64,000 nt of DNA from Veleropilina oligotropha (Eukaryota): contig JBEUKZ010000009.1 of the NCBI GenBank assembly GCA_048128005.1, positions 124,001 through 188,000 of the forward strand. Reading direction: 5' to 3'. Shown here piece by piece: positions 55,756 through 64,000 of the stretch (the first letter of the stretch is position 1; each line of letters begins with the position of its first letter). The notes under the pieces were generated by a model, which saw only the letters and a program-made list of their open reading frames with translations, ran no database searches and had not been told where the DNA came from. A program made the position numbers and the translations under genes.

Positions 55756-58700
55756 TATGGGCAGCCAAAAGGGTATAAAATACGTTAAAACCAAATAAAA
55801 GATCATAGTAACAATTAACAGTCGTCGATGGTCAAACGAACGGTCATCAATGTTCACACGAACAGCCAAAAATGCATCCAACAGTCACCGAAACAACACA
55901 AACAGCCTAAACTTAATCCAACAGTCATCAATGGTCAAACGAACGGTCATCAATGTTTATATGAACAGCCAAAAATACATCCAAGAGTCGCCGAAGCAAA
56001 ACAAACAACCTAAACTTAATCCAACATTCATCAATGGTCAAACGAACGGTCATCAATGGTCAAACGAACGGTCATCAATGTTTATATGAACAGCCAAAAA
56101 TGCATCCAAGAGTCGCCGAAACAAAACAAACAAACTAAACTTAATCCAACATTCATCAATGGTCAAACGAACGGTCATCAATGTTTATATGAACAGCCAA
56201 AAATGCATCCAAGAGTCGCCGAAACAAAACAAACAACCTAAACTTAATCCAACATTCATCAATGGTCAAACGAACGGTCATCAATGTTTATATGAACAGC
56301 CAAAAATGCATCCAAGAGTCGCCGAAACAAAACAAACAACCTAAACTTAATCAAACATTCATCAATGGTCAAACGAACGGTCATCAATGGTCAAACGAAC
56401 GGTCATCAATGTTTATATGAACAGCCAAAAATGCATCCAAGAGTCGCCGAAACAAAACAAACAAACTAAACTTAATCCAACATTCATCAATGGTCAAACG
56501 ATCGGTCATCAATGTTTATATGAACAGCCAAAAATGCATCCAAGAGTCGCCGAAACAAAACAAACAAACTAAACTTAATCCAACATTCATCAATGGTCAA
56601 ACGAACGGTCATCAATGGTCAAACGAACGGTCATCAATGTTTATATGAACAGCCAAAAATGCATCTAAGAGTCGCCGAAACAAAACAAACAACCTAAACT
56701 TAATCCAACATTCATCAATGGTCAAACGAACGGTCATCAATGTTTATATGAACAGCCAAAAATGCATCCAAGAGTCGCCGAAACAAAACAAACAACCTAA
56801 ACTTAATCAAACATTCATCAATGGTCAAACGAACGGTCATCAATGGTCAAACGAACGGTCATCAATGTTTATATGAACAGCCAAAAATGCATCCAAGAGT
56901 CGCCGAAACAAAACAAACAAACTAAACTTAATCCAACATTCATCAATGGTCAAACGATCGGTCATCAATGTTTATATGAACAGCCAAAAATGCATCCAAG
57001 AGTCGCCGAAACAAAACAAACAAACTAAACTTAATCCAACATTCATCAATGGTCAAACGAACGGTCATCAATGGTCAAACGAACGGTCATCAATGTTTAT
57101 ATGAACAGCCAAAAATGCATCTAAGAGTCGCCGAAACAAAACAAACAACCTAAACTTAATCCAACATTCATCAATGGTCAAACGAACGGTCATCAATGTT
57201 TATACGAACAGACAAAAAAGCATCCAACAGTCACTGTAACACAACAAACAGCCTACATTTAATCCAACAGTCATCGCTGAGCAAACGAACAAGCAAAATC
57301 GAAATCAACGATCAAAACACGAATTAACGCTAGATGGCGCGCATGTTTGTGACAAGTGCTCTGACGTAATCATTTATGTTATGTGAGAAGCAGACTATTT
57401 TCCATAGCAGACCGCGAAAGCGAAATGTCCAGCGGCAATATATCGTGAATAATATAGGCCTATCTAACCTTGTGATCATGAGGTTTAGAGTCTTGAACCA
57501 CATGCGACACACACGGTCAAACGACTTGATATTTGCATTATATTTACTCGCGATTTCACCAAGGTTAAACTTATGGCCCTGTTTCAATCGAGATATTCGC
57601 TAGATTTGTTTGGGATCGTTGTCTAATAAATATATCCCGTTTGAACCACCTCCGGTATTCTACCAGGACATATTATCCAATAGCATATTATCGTTGGAGA
57701 AAAGCTTGAAGGCATCAATAAATTCTTAAATGCACTGTTGTGAAAATATTAGAATGTGCGCTCAATTTAATTAGAGTATGCAATTACTTTATATTTGAAG
57801 AACTTGAACTAATTATACCTATAGTATTATTCGTGATATCTCATTAATTGATACTAAGTGATTACTTATATATAAGATAATTAAAGGACGGAAAAAGTGA
57901 ACCTCTGGTCGAATATCTTGCCCAGATGTTTGGGTACAGGGGTTATTAATAAATGTTCATAGACTTCGAAAGCTTGTAACAATCAGACATTGTCTTTGAA
58001 ACGCCGACAATGAGAAGGGGCAGGTTATGCAATACTTCATTTGACCGGATCATCCGTCACTGTGGCTTCAGGTAGATCGATAAATTAGGTGAATAGATTC
58101 AATTCGATCATGTTTCAATTACGGCACGCCTGTGCGACATTCTTGAAGGTCAATGGCACATATTGTCTCTTCATGCCGAGTTCCTCATAGAGACTTGGAG
58201 ATACAAGATCGGAATGTCGCGACATGGAGATTCCATTGTGGGCTCTAAGATCATTAATATGGCGTTATTTTGTCTGGCATATATATGGCATTGATAAGCC
58301 AGTATGTTCTTGCTGGGGTGGACGACAATGTAGACCTACGCTTTATGTCTATATATATTGCATGTTCTCATCTGACGACCGCAGATAAACCAATGCAATA
58401 TATATAGACATAAAGCGTAGGTCTACATTGTCGTCCACCCCAGCAAGAACATACTGGCTTATCAATGCCATATATATGCCAGACAAAATAACGCCATATT
58501 AATGATCTTAGAGCCCACAATGGAATCTCCATGTCGCGACATTCCGATCTTGTATCTCCAAGTCTCTATGAGGAACTCGGCATGAAGAGACAATATGTGC
58601 CATTGACCTTCAAGAATGTCGCACATGCGTGCCGTAATTGAAACATGATCGAATTGAATCTATTCACCTAATTTATCGATCTACCTGAAGCCACAGTGAC

Positions 58701-60642
58701 GGATGATCCGGTCAAATGAACTATTGCATAACCTGCCCCTTCTCATTGTCGGCGTTTCAAAGACAATGTCTGATTGTTACAAGCTTTCGAAGTCTATGAA
58801 CATTTATTAATAAACCCTGTACCCAAACATCTGGGCAAGATATTCGACCAGAGGTTCACTTTTTCCGTCCTTTAATTATCTTATATATAAGTAATCACTT
58901 AGTATCAATTAATGAGATATCACGAATAATACTATAGGTATAATTAGTTCAAGTTCTTCAAATATAAAGTAATTGCATACTCTAATTAAATTGAGCGCAC
59001 ATTCTAATATTTTCACAACAGTGCATTTAAGAATTTATTGATGCCTTCAAGCTTTCCTCCAACGATAATATGCTATTGGATAATATGTCCTGGTAGAATA
59101 CCGGAGGTGGTTCAAACGGGATATATTTATTAGACAACGATCCCAAACAAATCTAGCGAATATCTCGATTGAAACAGGGCCATAAGTTTAACCTTGGTGA
59201 AATCGCGAGTAAATATAATGCAAATATCAAGTCGTTTGACCGTGTGTGTCGCATGTGGTTCAAGACTCTAAACCTCATGATCACAAGGTTAGATAGGCCT
59301 ATATTATTCACGATATATTGCCGCTGGACATTTCGCTTTCGCGGTCTGCTATGGAAAATAGTCTGCTTCTCACATAAATGATTACGTCAGAGCACTTGTC
59401 ACAAACATGCGCGCCATCTAGCGTTAATTCGTGTTTTGATCGTTGATTTCGATTTTGCTTGTTCGTTTGCTCAGCGATGACTGTTGGATTAAATGTAGGC
59501 TGTTTGTTGTGTTACAGTGACTGTTGGATGCTTTTTTGTCTGTTCGTATAAACATTGATGACCGTTCGTTTGACCATTGATGAATGTTGGATTAAGTTTA
59601 GGTTGTTTGTTTTGTTTCGGCGACTCTTAGATGCATTTTTGGCTGTTCATCTAAACATTGATGACCGTTCGTTTGACCATTGATGACCGTTCGTTTGACC
59701 ATTGATGAATGTTGGATTAAGTTTAGTTTGTTTGTTTTGTTTCGGCGACTCTTGGATGCATTTTTGGCTGTTCATATAAACATTGATGACCGTTCGTTTG
59801 ACCATTGATGAATGTTGGATTAAGTTTAGTTTGTTTGTTTTGTTTCGGCGACTCTTGGATGCATTTTTGGCTGTTCATATAAACATTGATGACCGTTCGT
59901 TTGACCATTGATGAATGTTGGATTAAGTTTAGTTTGTTTGTTTTGTTTCGGCGACTCTTGGATGCATTTTTGGCTGTTCATATAAACATTGATGACCGTT
60001 CGTTTGACCATTGATGACCGTTCGTTTGACCATTGATGAATGTTTGATTAAGTTTAGGTTGTTTGTTTTGTTTCGGCGACTCTTGGATGCATTTTTGGCT
60101 GTTCATATAAACATTGATGACCGTTCGTTTGACCATTGATGAATGTTGGATTAAGTTTAGGTTGTTTGTTTTGTTTCGGCGACTCTTGGATGCATTTTTG
60201 GCTGTTCATATAAACATTGATGACCGTTCGTTTGACCATTGATGAATGTTGGATTAAGTTTAGTTTGTTTGTTTTGTTTCGGCGACTCTTGGATGCATTT
60301 TTGGCTGTTCATATAAACATTGATGACCGTTCGTTTGACCATTGATGACCGTTCGTTTGACCATTGATGAATGTTGGATTAAGTTTAGGTTGTTTGTTTT
60401 GCTTCGGCGACTCTTGGATGCATTTTTGGCTGTTCATATAAACATTGATGACCGTTCGTTTGACCATTGATGACTGTTGGATTAAGTTTAGGCTGTTTGT
60501 TTTGTTTCGGTGACTGTTGGATGCATTTTTGGCTGTTCGTGTGAACACTGATGACCGTTCGTTTGACCATCGACGACTGTTAATTGTTACTATGATCTTT
60601 TATTTGGTTTTAACGTATTTTATACCCTTTTGGCTGCCCATA
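55756..60642. mobile_element. Giant foldback palindrome (~4.9 kb) with 103-bp tandem arrays in both arms
   Basis: Termini tatgggcagccaaaagg / ccttttggctgcccata. The arms meet at a ~29-nt spacer at 58364-58392. Arrays at ~55830-57270 and ~59480-60570 differ in copy number. Confidence 0.9.
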
Positions 60643-61767
60643 CTTCTGATCAAAATTCTTTCTCGATCAATCGTGTCCTTATACAACTGTATTAATTGTG
60701 CTTTTTATTTATCTAAACTTATACAGTTACTATTGTAGAAATCGTAAAAAATATCGACATCAACCACTAGGAATTAATCAATGTAGATTGCAATGAATGA
60801 ACTAAATTTAAATAAACGTCAATATGTAAAATGAAACAAATTAACGACAGTCTCGGTGCGGCTTTATAATTATGCTAGGGGTTTTTTTCATATTATATTA
60901 TTTGTTGTATATTTCAACTCTTAATTGTTTTCGTCGGTTGGATAAACGTTAAGGCAGTGTTAATGTACCAACATATGCACATCGTGGTTAGAAATCATGT
61001 AAATATACTAAAACAAAAACAGATATTTTTATGCAATAGGCCTTTAATATATTTATATAACCATGTTCACAAACATTTTTGCGTTTTGTTTGGTTATAAT
61101 ATATTTTCACTTTGAGGGAACTCTTATGTCCACTCGTTTCAGCATCTATCACAACATCATGATATTCCGCGGTGTGTTTTGTTAGTACATATGGCATATG
61201 CTGTCCACCGTTCACTGCATTTTGAGGTTACTATAGATATCCACGTAAACACAGGCTAAATGTTATCATCTAAAATGCGCATGCCCGACATTCTCAGAAT
61301 CTGAGACAATATATCATATCCTGTCGATGCAACGACGGTGCTTTAGATTGTATGAGGCGGAACATGCTGTCGGAGCTTGGAACACGAAACCTCAGCGCGC
61401 CCAAAAATCGGGGGTGCAACCGGAAACCACAAGAAGGCACTTAATGCGAACATTAAGCCAAATGAATTATACGAAAGTTTGGAACTACCACGTGTGAATG
61501 CTTGAGCATGCATAGTGAACATTTCTTCAATCATACCTGTTTTTAAAAAAAAACATAAAACCATAATTATAAGGATCTGATTCAGTGCAACCATGCTCCT
61601 TTCACATCATCGTTAGCAACAACGGAACGCTCTGGTATTATCCAATTACTTGAGTCCAGGAACATAACTCAGAAAACAAATATTAATATACGAATATCTT
61701 CGTTACTCGGTGTATTGATTGATGAATATACAGAGAAATCAACACAAGATCAGCTTTTTATCTAATG

Positions 61768-62010
61768 GAGCCGCTCTGGTAGCCGAGTGGCCTCGAGTGT
61801 CAACGCTAAAATTCACTGGCTTAACTGCTCTATCTAACAGTGCGTTCGAACCTCCTTTGGGACAATAACATTCTTTGGCCATAATTGGCCGGAGATGGTG
61901 GGTTTTCCCCGGGCACGCGGACTTTCCTCCAGCGCGAATATGGACATGTCCTGGTATGAACACGACGGTTTGTTAAAAATAGGACATTAAGCCTCGATAA
62001 TCAAACCAAA
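61768..62010 (+). mobile_element. tRNA-derived SINE related to 52784-53048
   Basis: A-box-like tagccgagtgg and B-box-like gttcgaacc. Shares aaattcactggctt and ggacatgtcctg with the other copy. Confidence 0.7.
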
Positions 62011-64000
62011 TCTATTTAACGTTTTGCGAAGCGGAGCGCGTTTTATATTTGTGAACGTGTAGGATATTAAAGAAAATGTCCACCGCGTCCTATTACATCA
62101 AGAGTACTTTTTGTGCATGCATTCAACATCCAATGCATGTACGTGTAAGGACCATATTTGGCGCAGTCATCACAGAGGACAAAAGCTTGTAATGGGCTTT
62201 GCAACATTAAAACAAGAGTAAATCTAAATGCCACCCCAATAAATTGGTGGTGGCATAAAAAGACGACCTTGTTAATAAAAGCACACGAAACATCTTGCAA
62301 AAATCGGATGGTGAAGGACAGGAGATGGCTGTGAAAGTCATCAGTAGTTTGGGAGTTTGATGGCTGATATATATAGAGAGACGGTGAGAGAATGAATTCG
62401 CTATTCGCCTTTCCATTACGAATCACATTATGTTATAAAATATATCTCTATCCCATCATCATCTATGAATGAAGTAATTATTTAGATGCTCAGGATTGAG
62501 CAATCGGATGACGGGGTTTGGGAGAAACTCTACGCCAAAGGCTCAACATTGCATCCGTTTATATAATATATTAGGATGTGTCCATCTACATGCAGATACG
62601 CAAAGACATCGTGCAAATTATCAGGTGCTAGATCCTAATCAATATTCGAAGGGTAGTTTACTGTATGTGTGTCTGACCGTTATGATTATAATGCGGCGCC
62701 AGATATATGGCATCTGAGGTACTCGAGCTCGATTTGCGTCATTGTATAAGTTGCGTTCCCTAGATACATCTACGCCATGTTCGCTTGCGTCGTTAGTATA
62801 TGCCCAATGACGTCAGAGTGCATGAATAAGATAATGTCAACGTGAGTTGGAAGCTTTAGATAAAACCATACGTGTTTATATAACAGTGATACATGGAAGG
62901 GGTAAGAGCCATGTTTTCTACCCTTTGATATAAATTGGCATTGCATCAGACGATGTATTTTATTACCAATATTGTTTCTGTAGCATTATATTAGTGAAAT
63001 TTAGGATCAAGAAGAAAAAATGACACCTGATTTTTTCATCATGAGACAATTTGTTTCACAGAAATGGTAAAAGAAGAGCTTTGATCGGCGCCTGATGGTT
63101 AATACATTCACTGAAACCCTAATGCATGCTCAAATACATGCTCAAATGCATGCTCAAATACATGCTCATAAGTTAATAGCCCGGTGATAATTTCTAGCTG
63201 TGGAGACTACAAGAAGAGTTGATTATGTTATAACATACCCGTCTAATGTCTATCTATTCTCGAATATCCTAGCACCAAATTGATTTGCATCATTCTGCTA
63301 TATCCGATTGTATTGTACTATTATATACAAGCATTAACTGAAAAATCGACAACATTTATGTAGCGAACCTGTAGCCTAGCACTTCTAAGACCTACAAGTG
63401 GAAGTTATTAATGACAGATGCTTTATATAACGCGATATCACTACCTCCGATTAATCAAGACTTGGGCCAGTACACGTTAATTGACCATACTGGAGGTAGT
63501 CTTACTAAAACAATGTAAGTAATATATTTTGGTATCAAAATGTAGTGTGAAATCAATGACCCGCAAGCACTGGTATGCATGGAAAGCTTTAAAATGCTTG
63601 GAGTGTCTTAAAGACTAAGAGAAAACAAGTATGCAGCACGAAGAAGCACTGCACCTAATGCCTGATAACATAAGCGCCAAAATATCTTACTAGCAGAAAG
63701 GTCGTCTGCTACCGCAATTACACGAGTTGGCCGTTGTTCGTAGGGGTTATTAACATTCCAGATTACAAAATTATATAATCAGGTCCCCTGCAATGAAATT
63801 ATACTACAAATATTGACTTTATACTGCGATGCCTTTATACCTTATTCAGGGCTAGTCTCGTAACTGAATCGTTAGTAGTATCCTGGATGTCGTTATCGTC
63901 GACGTGAAGATGTTACCAGATTGCGCACTCTTTCTCTAATTATGCAACCTTTTCGTTATTAACATCTATATGGTGCCTTGGTTTGGATCGATTGTTATTA

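Noticed and set aside
55828..60570. Many 61-79-aa ORFs (MVKRTVINVYMNSQK...)
   Set aside because: They are translations of the 103-bp tandem unit on both palindrome arms, with no coding evidence.

Overview
AT-rich, repeat-dense eukaryotic DNA, probably from an invertebrate animal. The host gene is an intron-split protein-L-isoaspartate O-methyltransferase (PCMT1/PIMT) on the minus strand, with five coding exons at 44513-44459, 40146-40010, 39410-39306, 30924-30712 and 8472-8293. A likely alternative last exon at 3123-3105 would give a C-terminal -SKAEL. The main feature is a 15.9-kb GC-rich, apparently intact endogenous Polinton-like virus (9881-25782) inside PCMT1 intron 4. It has AG...CT termini, ~435-bp terminal inverted repeats and a 5-bp CCATG target-site duplication. 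It encodes a retroviral-type integrase, an A32-like packaging ATPase, probable major and minor capsid proteins and many membrane proteins, one of which carries adjacent PSAP and LYPxL late-domain-like motifs. Its ~1285-aa replicase fuses an OTU-like segment, a divergent family-B polymerase, an SF1 helicase and an HNH-like zinc domain. The window also holds a full-length DIRS retroelement, a decayed Academ(X)-type transposon with nested LINE and SINE insertions, Tc1/mariner, Helitron and MITE elements, two minisatellites that start at PCMT1 splice donors, and two large foldback palindromes (1.2 kb and 4.9 kb). All family assignments come from motif recognition by eye; no database searches were run.
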